DNA of 64,000 nucleotides from an uncultured Acidimicrobiales bacterium (GTDB lineage Bacteria; Actinomycetota; Acidimicrobiia; Acidimicrobiales; SHLQ01): assembly GCA_964562985.1 (NCBI GenBank), contig CAZLWE010000013.1:255-64254 (forward strand), written 5' to 3'. A program made the translations under genes and the position numbers. Under the pieces are notes generated by a model. It was not told the DNA's origin and ran no database searches. It saw only the letters and a list, made by a program, of their open reading frames with translations. Positions 14,213 through 23,379 of the stretch are shown in pieces (the stretch's first letter is position 1; the number at the start of each line of letters is the position of its first letter).

Positions 14213-14897
14213 CCCAGCCCAACGACCCGTTTCGGCGAAGGTGGTTATTTCCGGTGGCTTCGGCGTCGGAAAGACGACGTTCGTATCCGCAGTATCGGAG
14301 ATCGCTCCGCTGCGCACAGAAGCGAAGATGACCAGCGCCGCATCCGGCGTTGACGACGCGACCTATGTGCAGCAAAAGACCAGCACGACCGTTGCAATGG
14401 ACTTCGGCAAGATCACCGTTGACGAAGGCCTCGTGCTGTACGTCTTCGGTACTCCAGGTCAGGATCGTTTCGGTTTCATGTGGGAAGACATCACCGCAGG
14501 TGCCCTCGGCGCCCTGATCTTGGTGGACACCCGCCGTCTCGATGAGTGCTTCAACGCCATCGACTTCTTCGAACAGCGAAATGTGCCGTTCATTATCGGA
14601 CTCAACCAGTTCGACGGGGCACCCCAGCACTCGATCGAAGACATCCGAGAAGCGCTCGACCTCGCACCCAGCAACCCAATCGTCCGCACGGACGCTCGGG
14701 ATTCCGAAAACGCGATCGACACGCTCGTGCAGCTGCTCACGCACATTCTGCACACCCTGTCGAGCCAAGCGGCACCGGCTACACCGGGTGCACAAGCTCC
14801 ACACTCTCAACCGGCGACTCCTCGTGAGGCTCCAGTTGTCACCAATGACATGCGCAGCGCTGCTGCGAGTGCATTGGCGAGCGAGCGCTCTAGCTAG
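14193..14897 (+). CDS. small Ras-like GTPase (CvnD-like, MglA-related)
   Basis: P-loop GGFGVGKTT, switch [11 protein letters not shown], and LNQFD in place of NKxD. It has a Pro/Ala-rich C-terminal extension. Confidence 0.85.
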   Translation: MESASANPAQRPVSAKVVISGGFGVGKTTFVSAVSEIAPLRTEAKMTSAASGVDDATYVQQKTSTTVAMDFGKITVDEGLVLYVFGTPGQDRFGFMWEDITAGALGALILVDTRRLDECFNAIDFFEQRNVPFIIGLNQFDGAPQHSIEDIREALDLAPSNPIVRTDARDSENAIDTLVQLLTHILHTLSSQAAPATPGAQAPHSQPATPREAPVVTNDMRSAAASALASERSS

Positions 14898-14932
14898 CAG
14901 GGCCTGGCCTCTCGGCCTGTAGCCTGCCTACC

Positions 14933-16045
14933 GTGGGAAATTCCTTCGGTCACGACTTTCGGATAACGACCTTTGGCGAGAGCCATGGTGGCGCTGTCGG
15001 CGTCATCGTCGACGGCGTACCAGCGCGGCTTCCTATTGACCTAGGAGCGATCCAGCTCGAACTAGACCGCCGACGTCCCGGACAGAGCCGTCTTACAACG
15101 CAACGAGATGAGGCCGACCAGGTCGAAATTCTGTCTGGTGTTGCCAACGGATTCGCCACCGGTGCCCCCATCGCGATGATGGTGCGCAACAAGGACGCTC
15201 GCTCGGGCGCCTACGACCACTTGCGCGAGGTCTACCGGCCATCTCATGCCGACTTCACCTACGACCAAAAATACGGTCATCGGACCATCGCCGGCGGAGG
15301 GCGCTCCAGTGCCCGAGAAACAATCGGTCGCGTCGCTGCTGGCGCGATCGCCAGCTCACTGGTGGCAGCTGTCGCCGCGGCTCATCAGCGCCCGATCCCC
15401 GAGATTGTGTCCTGGGTGGATTCCGTGCACGACATCGACGCATCCGTCGATCACCTCGCCGTTACGCGCAGCGAGGTCGAGGCCCATCCGACCCGATGCC
15501 CCGATGAGGACGCTGCAGCGGCGATGACCACCGCCATCGAGGGTGCCCGACGCGACGGCGATTCGCTCGGCGGTGTCGTTGCCGCCGTCGTTCGAGGTGT
15601 GCCAGCTGGACTTGGCGAACCCGTATTCGATCGTCTGGAGGCTGACCTCGCAAAGGCGATGCTCTCGCTCCCAGCAACCAAGGGATTCGAGATCGGCAGC
15701 GGTTTTTCGGGAGCTCGAATGACCGGGCTCACCCACAACGACGCGTTCGTACCTGGCGACGACGGCACGATCAGAACGAGCACAAACTTCTCCGGTGGGG
15801 TCCAGGGAGGCATCACAAATGGCCAGCCCCTCACCTTCCGCGTGGCCTTTAAGCCGACGGCGACGATCAGCTCGGAGCAACAAACGGTTACCACCGAGGG
15901 AAAGGCCACGAAGCTCGCAGCAAAGGGCCGCCACGATCCGTGCGTGCTGCCACGTGCAGTGCCGATGGTCGATGCGATGACCGCACTCGTGTTAGCCGAT
16001 CACACCCTTCGCCAGCTCCGACACGGAGTCTTGGCGCCGCTCTAG
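14933..16045 (+). CDS. aroC: chorismate synthase
   Basis: 370 aa, GTG start. [20 protein letters not shown] and GRHDPCV motifs. Confidence 0.95.
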   Translation: MGNSFGHDFRITTFGESHGGAVGVIVDGVPARLPIDLGAIQLELDRRRPGQSRLTTQRDEADQVEILSGVANGFATGAPIAMMVRNKDARSGAYDHLREVYRPSHADFTYDQKYGHRTIAGGGRSSARETIGRVAAGAIASSLVAAVAAAHQRPIPEIVSWVDSVHDIDASVDHLAVTRSEVEAHPTRCPDEDAAAAMTTAIEGARRDGDSLGGVVAAVVRGVPAGLGEPVFDRLEADLAKAMLSLPATKGFEIGSGFSGARMTGLTHNDAFVPGDDGTIRTSTNFSGGVQGGITNGQPLTFRVAFKPTATISSEQQTVTTEGKATKLAAKGRHDPCVLPRAVPMVDAMTALVLADHTLRQLRHGVLAPL

Positions 16046-16893
16046 GTTCCGGAGGCGGAGAAGTGTTGCCAGTCCTTCGAGCTGGTCCAATTACCGCCCC
16101 AGCCCCATCCAATGGCGGTGAAGGCTTCGGTCACCGCGTCCCCGATGTAGATCCCGCCCTTCGCTTGCTGGGATCGGTCAAGAAATGCCTCACCGTCTAT
16201 CGGGAGTACTTCCCCGTTGCGCGACAGGTAGGGGTTTTGGACAGGGTTGATGTCGATCGCGGTCCCGATCGCGTGGTTTGACCACACCCCAGGCCGGTTC
16301 AGCACCTCCCGGCAGTTGAACCCACTGGTGTTGTTGGCCGCGATCGACAGAAGGTCATCTCCTTCGTACACATCGATGAGTTCCATACGCTCGATCGGAA
16401 AGCCAGCGTCAAAGATCGCCTCGAAGACTCCCACGATCTCCTCAGCCCAGTCCGCGTGTACGACGAGTTCGCCGGTGGCTGGTTGATCGTTGAAGTCCCA
16501 ATGGCTGAGGGTCAACAGTCGTAACTGGTCGAATCCGACCGGGCATCCCTCACGCCATGAGTGCGGCATTCGGGCTGCGAGCGTTGCATCGATCTGCTGA
16601 ACTGTGGCGGAGAACTCCGGATCGGGCGGCAGCGTCGTCGTTGTTGTCGTTGTTGTCGTTGTTGTCGTTGTCGTCGTCGTCGTCGTCGTCGAGGATGGAA
16701 TGGCCGATGAGGTGCTCGCCGGGACGACCGAAGATGTCGACGTCGGACTGGCTACAGGTGCCGTCGTAGTGGTGGTGGTGGTCGCTGGGATTGTCGAGGA
16801 TGGCGCAGATGTCTGGGCGCCTTGGGACGCGCATCCGGTCGCGAGGAGGGCGAGCAAGCCCACTATCGCCCAACCGCGGCGCCAAAAAGTCAC
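16042..16893 (-). CDS. M15-family (VanY/D-Ala-D-Ala carboxypeptidase-like) lipoprotein with Ser/Thr/Pro linker
   Basis: The C-terminal domain has the SxHxxGxAxD-type motif ([11 protein letters not shown]) and ends in WQHF. Lipobox LLATGC. GTG 16893 lies 4 nt after the upstream stop, whereas the longer ORF to 16995 would overlap the MerR gene. Confidence 0.7.
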   Translation of the reverse strand: MTFWRRGWAIVGLLALLATGCASQGAQTSAPSSTIPATTTTTTTAPVASPTSTSSVVPASTSSAIPSSTTTTTTTTTTTTTTTTTTTLPPDPEFSATVQQIDATLAARMPHSWREGCPVGFDQLRLLTLSHWDFNDQPATGELVVHADWAEEIVGVFEAIFDAGFPIERMELIDVYEGDDLLSIAANNTSGFNCREVLNRPGVWSNHAIGTAIDINPVQNPYLSRNGEVLPIDGEAFLDRSQQAKGGIYIGDAVTEAFTAIGWGWGGNWTSSKDWQHFSASGT

Positions 16894-16897
16894 GTGA

Positions 16898-17392
16898 CTA
16901 TTGTGCAGCAGCCTTGGCGTCGGTGGAGGTCGCCTCAAGCTGTGCTCCGCTCGCTTGCGACGGAAAGAGCTCCACGAGCTTCTCGTCAACCTCATCGACG
17001 ACTGCGCCGAGAGGCAAGATATTCAGCACGCCTTGGCCATTCTGGAGCAAGTCGATCACTTCTTCACCGCTGCGAACGAGCATTGGCTGGCTCCCGTTAA
17101 CCACCAAATTGGCTGTGGCGACGTCCTCGCCCAGTTCGTCCTGGAGGTAGTTGAAGATCTCTCGGACCTGCTCAAGGCGGATCCCCGAGTCCAACAAGTT
17201 CTTGATGACCTTGAGCTCGACAAGGTCGCGGTAGGAGTACTGACGGCGCGATCCCGAACCGGCTGCGTCGGTAAGTGAGGGCCGGATGAGGTCGGTGCGA
17301 GCCCAGTAGTCGAGTTGTCGATAGGTAATACCAACAATCTCCGAAGCGCTCTTCCCGCTGTAGCCGACCTGTGCTTGTTGCTCGTTGTCCAT
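16898..17392 (-). CDS. MerR-family transcriptional regulator
   Basis: 164 aa with an N-terminal HTH (EIVGITYRQLDYWARTDLIRP). Its position next to the DUF151 nuclease and FHA genes matches mycobacterial and corynebacterial genomes. Confidence 0.85.
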   Translation of the reverse strand: MDNEQQAQVGYSGKSASEIVGITYRQLDYWARTDLIRPSLTDAAGSGSRRQYSYRDLVELKVIKNLLDSGIRLEQVREIFNYLQDELGEDVATANLVVNGSQPMLVRSGEEVIDLLQNGQGVLNILPLGAVVDEVDEKLVELFPSQASGAQLEATSTDAKAAAQ

Positions 17393-17455
17393 ATCGCTGG
17401 CCCTCTCGCTAACGACGCACCCGTTGCGCTACGTCGTTGAAATTACGATGTAGTA

Positions 17456-17484
17456 ATCCTAGGAAGCGAAAGGCTCCAGGTCAA
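17456..17484 (-). promoter_or_regulatory. candidate sigma-A-type promoter of the MerR-family gene
   Basis: The minus strand reads TTGACC (17484-17479), a 17-nt spacer, then TAGGAT (17461-17456). A 7-bp stem hairpin lies in the predicted leader. Confidence 0.4.
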
Positions 17485-17539
17485 CGACCGTACGCGGTTG
17501 CTTTCGCGCGGGCCGCGCGAGACATTGGACTACGTTGAG

Positions 17540-18043
17540 CTAGGCGAAGTCTTCCGGACTGACGTTGTCGATGAAGTCCTTGAACTCTTCGACGACCTCA
17601 GCATCGCCTTCGGTCGGCTCGGGTTCATTGGTATAACCAACCTCGTCAAGCAGTTCGTCTTCGGCAAAGATTGGCACGCCTAATCGGATTGCCAGAGCAA
17701 TCGCGTCGGAGGGCCGAGCGGACATGACACGTGCCTCGGTCGATGATCGAAGGTGCAACTCGGCATAGAAGGTGCGCTCACGAAGTTCGGTGATGACGAC
17801 GCGTTCGGCGTTGACATCCATCGCATCGAGAGTTTCCGCAAAGAGATCGTGCGTCATGGGCCGCGGAGGAGTCACCCCTTCATGGGCAAGCGCGATTGCG
17901 GTCGCCTCTGGGCCTCCGATGAAGATCGGCAGCATTCGAGCGTCGCTGTCGTCATCGGAGTCCTGCACTCGAAGTATGACTATCGGCGTGTTACTGGGCA
18001 GTTCGATGCGCACTCCCACCAGTTCCATAGGGACCATCGACAC
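17540..18043 (-). CDS. bifunctional nuclease family protein (DUF151)
   Basis: 167 aa. MELVGVRIELPSNTPIVILR ... PRPMTHDL is typical of the family. Confidence 0.8.
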   Translation of the reverse strand: MSMVPMELVGVRIELPSNTPIVILRVQDSDDDSDARMLPIFIGGPEATAIALAHEGVTPPRPMTHDLFAETLDAMDVNAERVVITELRERTFYAELHLRSSTEARVMSARPSDAIALAIRLGVPIFAEDELLDEVGYTNEPEPTEGDAEVVEEFKDFIDNVSPEDFA

Positions 18044-18084
18044 TCCTTTCGTTGTACCACCCTAAACGCTCCGAAGGCGGTGGT

Positions 18085-18588
18085 TTAGTCCCCAGTACCG
18101 GTTCCGTGAAAGAAAAGAAGTTTGAAACGGCCGATCTGGAGAACATCGCCGTCGCTCAGCTGTACGCCCTCGTCGACGAGCTCCTTGTTGACGTACGTTC
18201 CGTTGAGTGAACCAACGTCGCGAGCGCTGTAGCTTCCGTTGTCTCGGGTGATCTCGACGTGGCGGCGACTGACGGTTACGTCGTCGAGAAAGATGTCGCT
18301 CTCGGGATGTCGGCCAGCGGAGATGGTGTCTTGATCCAAGGCATAGCGAGATCCGCTCTTTGGACCTGACTCCACCAACAAGATTCCTTCGGCTTCGCCG
18401 AATCCCTCACGTTCGGCGAGGTGCGAGCGCTCGGTGGACTCGATACCAGCGGCGGGCTCTACAACGATGGGGATCGCTGCGGTCGGCTCCTCAGGTCCTC
18501 CACCGATGCGCTCACCACACGACGAGCAGAAGTTCGCCGTCGCATCGTTGTGATGGTGACATGCGGGGCAGACGCGGTCGGCGCTCAC
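18085..18588 (-). CDS. FHA-domain protein with N-terminal zinc ribbon (GarA/OdhI position)
   Basis: N-terminal CPACHHHNDATANFCSSCG. C-terminal FHA domain (GRHPESDIFLDDVTVSRRHVEI ... SLNGTYVN). It overlaps the gcvH stop by 4 nt. Confidence 0.85.
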   Translation of the reverse strand: MSADRVCPACHHHNDATANFCSSCGERIGGGPEEPTAAIPIVVEPAAGIESTERSHLAEREGFGEAEGILLVESGPKSGSRYALDQDTISAGRHPESDIFLDDVTVSRRHVEITRDNGSYSARDVGSLNGTYVNKELVDEGVQLSDGDVLQIGRFKLLFFHGTGTGD

Positions 18589-18965
18589 TGTCCTGTGAGC
18601 TCCTCATAGGCAGATGCGTCGAGCAACGCATCCAGTTGGACCGAGTCGGCCACGTCGATCACACACAACCAACCCTCGCCGTATGGGTCTTCGTTGAGTT
18701 TGCCCGGCGTTGCATCGAGTGAGTCGTTCACGGCAGCGACCGTGCCAGCGATCGGTGCATAGATGTCGGAGACAGACTTGGTCGACTCGACCTCACCCAT
18801 CGAGCCACCAAGCTCGACTGCGTCACCGACACTAGGTAGTTCAACGTACACGACATCCCCGAGTGCATCTTGGGCATAGTCGGTGATTCCTACGCGTACT
18901 TGGTCGCCTTCCACCCGTACCCACTCGTGGTCGTTGGTGTAGCGAAGATCTTCAGGAATGCTCAT
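18585..18965 (-). CDS. gcvH: glycine cleavage system protein H
   Basis: Start at internal ATG 18965 (MSIPEDLRYTNDHEWV...). Lipoyl-lysine motif VESTKSVSD. Confidence 0.9.
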   Translation of the reverse strand: MSIPEDLRYTNDHEWVRVEGDQVRVGITDYAQDALGDVVYVELPSVGDAVELGGSMGEVESTKSVSDIYAPIAGTVAAVNDSLDATPGKLNEDPYGEGWLCVIDVADSVQLDALLDASAYEELTGQ

Positions 18966-18975
18966 GTCCACGATA

Positions 18976-19593
18976 CTAACCCGCGCGGCCCCGTGCATCG
19001 GCAAGTCCAGCACGGGCAATCGGCACATAGGCCCACGCGGCATACCAGGAGATGATCAGTCCCGGAATCCCGCACACCCACCCGAGGATGCGCAAAATGT
19101 CGGCCCCAGCAACATCACTGGCTCCCCCGAGCAGGAATGGATAGGCGAACAAAAGGAAGAACGTACCGGTCTTCCCCCACCAGGTCACATCAAATCGTTC
19201 TACGCCGCGGGCGGCCAACGCCACGGCCACGAGGGTGACCAGGAGTTCCCGGAACAGCGTGAGAAACGCGAACCAGGCTGGCGCCGAGCCGTCGATCCAC
19301 ATCGAGATGACGGCGGTTAAGACGAGGAGGCGGTCGGCGGCCGGGTCGAGGATCTTGCCGAGCTCGGAAACCTGGCTAAATCGCCGGGCGAACCATCCAT
19401 CCACCCAATCGGTCGAACCCAATACGGCGAGCAAAACAGCCGACCAGACGCGATCGTCTTGCGCGAACAGCAGCCACACGAACACGGGGATGCACGCCAA
19501 ACGCACGAGCGTGATCAGGTTCGGAACCGTGAACGGGCGCCATTCGGGCTTCGCTGCCGCGTGATTCACTGCTTCCGATCGACCATCATCCAT
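18976..19593 (-). CDS. pgsA: CDP-alcohol phosphatidyltransferase (PgsA-like)
   Basis: DWVDGWFARR...GKILDPAADR is the CDP-alcohol transferase motif. Start chosen at ATG 19593 because the longer ORF overlaps the divergent HIT gene. Confidence 0.75.
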   Translation of the reverse strand: MDDGRSEAVNHAAAKPEWRPFTVPNLITLVRLACIPVFVWLLFAQDDRVWSAVLLAVLGSTDWVDGWFARRFSQVSELGKILDPAADRLLVLTAVISMWIDGSAPAWFAFLTLFRELLVTLVAVALAARGVERFDVTWWGKTGTFFLLFAYPFLLGGASDVAGADILRILGWVCGIPGLIISWYAAWAYVPIARAGLADARGRAG

Positions 19594-19636
19594 GTCTCCA
19601 GAAAGGGTACCGGTGAGGCCAGGTAGGGTGAAATGC

Positions 19637-20035
19637 ATGGCTTCGATCTTCACCATGATCATGAACGGCGACATCCCCGCACGGATGTTGTTCGAGGACG
19701 AAACGTGTGTGAGTTTCCTCGACGTGCGACCCTTAGCTCCGGGCCACGCCCTGGTCGTGCCACGCGAAGAGACCGATCAATGGACCGACCTCTCCCCCGC
19801 CACCGCAGCGCACCTCATGTCCGTCGCCCATCGCATTGGCCAGGCCCAAAAGACGGTCTTTGCCCCGGCCCGAATCGGCCTGATGATCGCCGGTTTCGAA
19901 GTGCCACATGCCCATGTCCATGTCGTACCGATGGATTCGATGGCGCAGCTCGACTTTGTAAACGCAGACGAGTCTCCTGACCAGGATCTACTCGATCAAC
20001 ATCTCGCCGCGTTGCAGGAGGCATTGGCCAGCTAG
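19637..20035 (+). CDS. HIT-family hydrolase
   Basis: MASIFTMIMNGDIPA... with the histidine triad HAHVHVV. Internal ATG 19637 chosen. Confidence 0.85.
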   Translation: MASIFTMIMNGDIPARMLFEDETCVSFLDVRPLAPGHALVVPREETDQWTDLSPATAAHLMSVAHRIGQAQKTVFAPARIGLMIAGFEVPHAHVHVVPMDSMAQLDFVNADESPDQDLLDQHLAALQEALAS

Positions 20036-21582
20036 CCGCCAGCGTCTGCATTCATCCGATAGACCGAGACGCTGCCGGAGCGGCTGACGACCTCGAAGTT
20101 GAGCGCGTCGACCACTTGGTCGAAGGTAAAGCGGCCGGTGTCGTTCCATCGTTCATCGGCCTCATCGATGATCAACACATCGGCAGTGAATATCTGGTCG
20201 GCTGGACGGTAGATGTCGAGTCCGACGGGAAACCGAAGAAGATCGACTCGTTCGGCGAGCATCGGGAGCGCGTTATCGATGGCCACGACCGAGTCATCTG
20301 GCTCCACATCCTCAATAGCCGCGAGCAAGTCGATATCGGCGGTGGAACGCACGCCCCATGTCCATGGCTCGTTGTAGAGCGAACTTCCAGCACTGAACAT
20401 GAAAAACGCCAAACTGGCGAACAGTACGCCGGTCAGCAGTCGGCCGTTGACGAATACACGCCGGACGGATTTACGCCCGACGGCGCGAAGTGCAAAGGCG
20501 GCGGCGATCGGCAAGAAGGCGAGAGCCGCGACGTCTTGTTGCGGGTTTCCGAACTCGCCTGCTGGGATATCGGCAATGAAGCTAAACGCTCCGAAGAGCA
20601 CCAGAGGCAATTGGAACCGAGGGCGTATGACCGGCAGGAAGAGCCATGGAACGAAGAGCAACACGAGCTTGCGGTAGTTCTCTTCGGCGAAGAAGTCTTT
20701 GATCACTTCGACCGGGTTGGTCAGCATGCCCCACAAAATGGAGATCGGTTCGTTGCCGTACTTGGCGAACGCCTCGGTAAAGACGAACTCACCGCCTGCG
20801 AGATCGGCATTGAAGACCCATACCGCAAGGATTGCCCATGCGGCGCCCGCAGCGGCCGTAAGCCGTCCCGCCTGGACCCTGCCCTCAATCGCCAGGAGGG
20901 CACCAAAGCCGATCAGTACGAGACCGAGGTCCGAACGGGTCGAGAGAGCGAAAATCATGGCAATTGCAAAGGGCACCCAGCGTCGTTCTTGACTGAAGAA
21001 ATAGGCCCATAGGAACGCTGGCAACGCGAACGACTCTGGGTGGAACTCGGCCAGGTTTAGGTTTTGGAACTGTGGTTGCAGGCTGTACGCCAACCCGAGC
21101 ACGATGGCGGCTTCTACACCGAGTTCCAGGACGCGACGGGAGATCCGCCAGAGCGGAACGACGCCAACCGCAAGCGCCAACGATTGCAGGGTCAGCAGGA
21201 ACGGCCCGGTCGGTACGAACTGCGCTACCTGGGCGACCGGCCACATGACGATCGACAGTTGACCTTCGAAGATGTTTCGGTCGGTCAGCGTGACATTGGG
21301 ATCGAGGCCCTCGTTCAGCAACCAGACGCCTTGCATCCAGGCGGCCAGCTGCTCGCCGAGCTCAAGACTGCGGAACCGTGCGAGCGAAAGCGCTGCCAGT
21401 AGGACGAACATGATGAGCGCGAGAATCCAGGGCAGCACGCGATCTGGGCCGTTGCCTTCCAACTTTGCCTGCCAGCGAAGCGCGAGGTGACGGATCGAGC
21501 GACGGAGCTCAGAGTCTGCCCACGCCGCGGAGCCAGAATCCGTAACGTTGCGGGCCGAACCTGTTCGAGTTTGGGTTGTCAT
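20032..21582 (-). CDS. polytopic membrane protein, DUF2079-like
   Basis: 516 aa with about 10 or more TM helices followed by a soluble C-terminal domain. The family assignment is from memory of its architecture. Confidence 0.6.
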   Translation of the reverse strand: MTTQTRTGSARNVTDSGSAAWADSELRRSIRHLALRWQAKLEGNGPDRVLPWILALIMFVLLAALSLARFRSLELGEQLAAWMQGVWLLNEGLDPNVTLTDRNIFEGQLSIVMWPVAQVAQFVPTGPFLLTLQSLALAVGVVPLWRISRRVLELGVEAAIVLGLAYSLQPQFQNLNLAEFHPESFALPAFLWAYFFSQERRWVPFAIAMIFALSTRSDLGLVLIGFGALLAIEGRVQAGRLTAAAGAAWAILAVWVFNADLAGGEFVFTEAFAKYGNEPISILWGMLTNPVEVIKDFFAEENYRKLVLLFVPWLFLPVIRPRFQLPLVLFGAFSFIADIPAGEFGNPQQDVAALAFLPIAAAFALRAVGRKSVRRVFVNGRLLTGVLFASLAFFMFSAGSSLYNEPWTWGVRSTADIDLLAAIEDVEPDDSVVAIDNALPMLAERVDLLRFPVGLDIYRPADQIFTADVLIIDEADERWNDTGRFTFDQVVDALNFEVVSRSGSVSVYRMNADAGG

Positions 21583-22262
21583 CGTTGCGCCACCACCAGG
21601 TCGGAATGGTTATTGCGCACGTTGTTGACCTCGGTCGACACCGGATATGCCTCAAGGAGTGAGTCCGGGGCGGGAATGAGCAAGTCTTGCAGAGTATCTA
21701 CGTCGTCGTAGCCAGGGTCGAGCCAACGGTCCCAATCCTTTGGAGCCAGCAGCACCGGCATGCGGTTATGGATCGGCGCCATCATGTCGTTCGCTGACGT
21801 AGTGATAATCGTGCAGGAGTGCACTTCGCGCAGGCCCTCTGCGTCGACCCAACGTTCGTACAGTCCGGCGAACGCCAAAGGATCACCATCAGCTCGGTGG
21901 ATGTACATGGGTTGCTTGGTTTTGTCGTCGAGCCGCTTCCACTCATAGAAGCCATCGGCGGCGATCAGACAGCGACGTTTCTTGAACGCCGAGCGAAACG
22001 AATTCTTCGTCGCCACCGTTTCAGCACGCGCGTTGATCATCTTGGACCCGATGCGGAGATCCTTGGCCCAGCGCGGCACGAGTCCCCATCGAAGAAAATC
22101 GAGGTGTCGGTCGCCCGATCGAACCCGGATACTCGCCACGTCTCGGGTGGGCGCAACGTTGTAGTCCGGTGTGGGTTCGTCGTCGGGTTCCGCCGGAGCC
22201 TCCGCACCGAAGTAGGACGCGAGGGCATCAGGTGGTGATGTCGAAGCGAATCGTCCACACAT
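21579..22262 (-). CDS. SOS response-associated peptidase (SRAP/YedK family)
   Basis: Begins MCGRF (catalytic Cys2). 227 aa. Confidence 0.85.
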   Translation of the reverse strand: MCGRFASTSPPDALASYFGAEAPAEPDDEPTPDYNVAPTRDVASIRVRSGDRHLDFLRWGLVPRWAKDLRIGSKMINARAETVATKNSFRSAFKKRRCLIAADGFYEWKRLDDKTKQPMYIHRADGDPLAFAGLYERWVDAEGLREVHSCTIITTSANDMMAPIHNRMPVLLAPKDWDRWLDPGYDDVDTLQDLLIPAPDSLLEAYPVSTEVNNVRNNHSDLVVAQR

Positions 22263-22273
22263 GGCGCGGAACT

Positions 22274-23299
22274 CTACAGCAACTGGACAGCCACGTCGGC
22301 CCTATCCAGAAGCGCACACGATTCGGACAGTTCACCGATGGCGATCTGCGCCTGGCTCTCGGGAAGGCCAGCGAGCTCGCGAAGGCCCACTTGGAATCGG
22401 GTGTTGAGATCGACCGTCGTCCGTAGCGACTCAATGCTGTTGCCCGCCGCGGGCCGCTCTAGACGAATCCGTACTCGCGTTGCATCGGGCTGCTCGCCCA
22501 CGACCCCAGGGTTTTCGGGCCAGACCTCAAGAAGGACCGCGTTGGCGCTTCGACATGCGAGCCGGTCCCCGGTGGCATCGAATCGGCCGTCACAGTCGCC
22601 ATCAGCGGCGACATCGACCACGTCGAGGTCTGCACTGAAGAGGCTCACGACAGCACAGATGTCTCCGGCGCCGACACCCGGCCCGATGATCGCGACGTGG
22701 GCCCGCTCCCCCCACACCACCGGAGCGGCAACCACTCCGGTTGGCAGCCGGACGTCTTCGGCTGCGGCCGGAGCCGGGTCGGCCCCAACACCTGGGGCGA
22801 CGAACGTATCGGCCAACGCCCAGCCCGAGGGAACACTCACAGCGGGGTTGCCCACGGCATAGTTTCGCGCTTGGCCAGGAGCGACCAGGAAGGCTTCGTC
22901 GCCAAACTCGGCGTTCGCCTCATCTTGGGCCGATCCGGAGAAGCGATCGAAGGCCCAGAACCCCGCGGCCACGAGGCCGACGACGAGCACCAGGGAAAAG
23001 ATCTGCCCGAAGGACACCCGACGGTCGAGGTTACGCAACCGAGCAGCCCGCTTCTCACCCCGTACTTCCTCATCCTCGGCTGCCGCCGCCAGTACCCCGT
23101 CGAGGTGTTCGGAGTCTGTTGATGCCCACGCGGAGGAAAAGCCTTGCGCGCCCGTATCGCCAAAGCCTTCAACGTCGGTTTCGACCGCGCCGAGATCGGC
23201 GTCGAAACGCGTTTCGTCGGCCCGACGGGTGAGATCGCGGAAACTCTCAGATTCTTCTGGCTTGTCACCGCCACCAGCCTTGGCACCAAATCGGACCAT
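22274..23299 (-). CDS. hypothetical single-pass membrane protein
   Basis: 341 aa: acidic disordered N-terminus, one TM helix (IFSLVLVVGLVAAGFWAF), extracytoplasmic domain. No motif recognised. Confidence 0.55.
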   Translation of the reverse strand: MVRFGAKAGGGDKPEESESFRDLTRRADETRFDADLGAVETDVEGFGDTGAQGFSSAWASTDSEHLDGVLAAAAEDEEVRGEKRAARLRNLDRRVSFGQIFSLVLVVGLVAAGFWAFDRFSGSAQDEANAEFGDEAFLVAPGQARNYAVGNPAVSVPSGWALADTFVAPGVGADPAPAAAEDVRLPTGVVAAPVVWGERAHVAIIGPGVGAGDICAVVSLFSADLDVVDVAADGDCDGRFDATGDRLACRSANAVLLEVWPENPGVVGEQPDATRVRIRLERPAAGNSIESLRTTVDLNTRFQVGLRELAGLPESQAQIAIGELSESCALLDRADVAVQLL

Positions 23300-23379
23300 A
23301 CGAAAACCGTAGCGCCTGAGAAAATTCCCCCAGCATTGGCGACCCCGCTTTCACCTCCAATCGACCTACACTGCGCCAC

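Noticed and set aside
17505-17530. GC-rich palindrome TCGCGCGGGCCGCGCGA after the DUF151 nuclease gene, considered as an intrinsic terminator
   Set aside because: No U tract follows on the minus strand and the stem is short, so there is too little evidence to annotate it.
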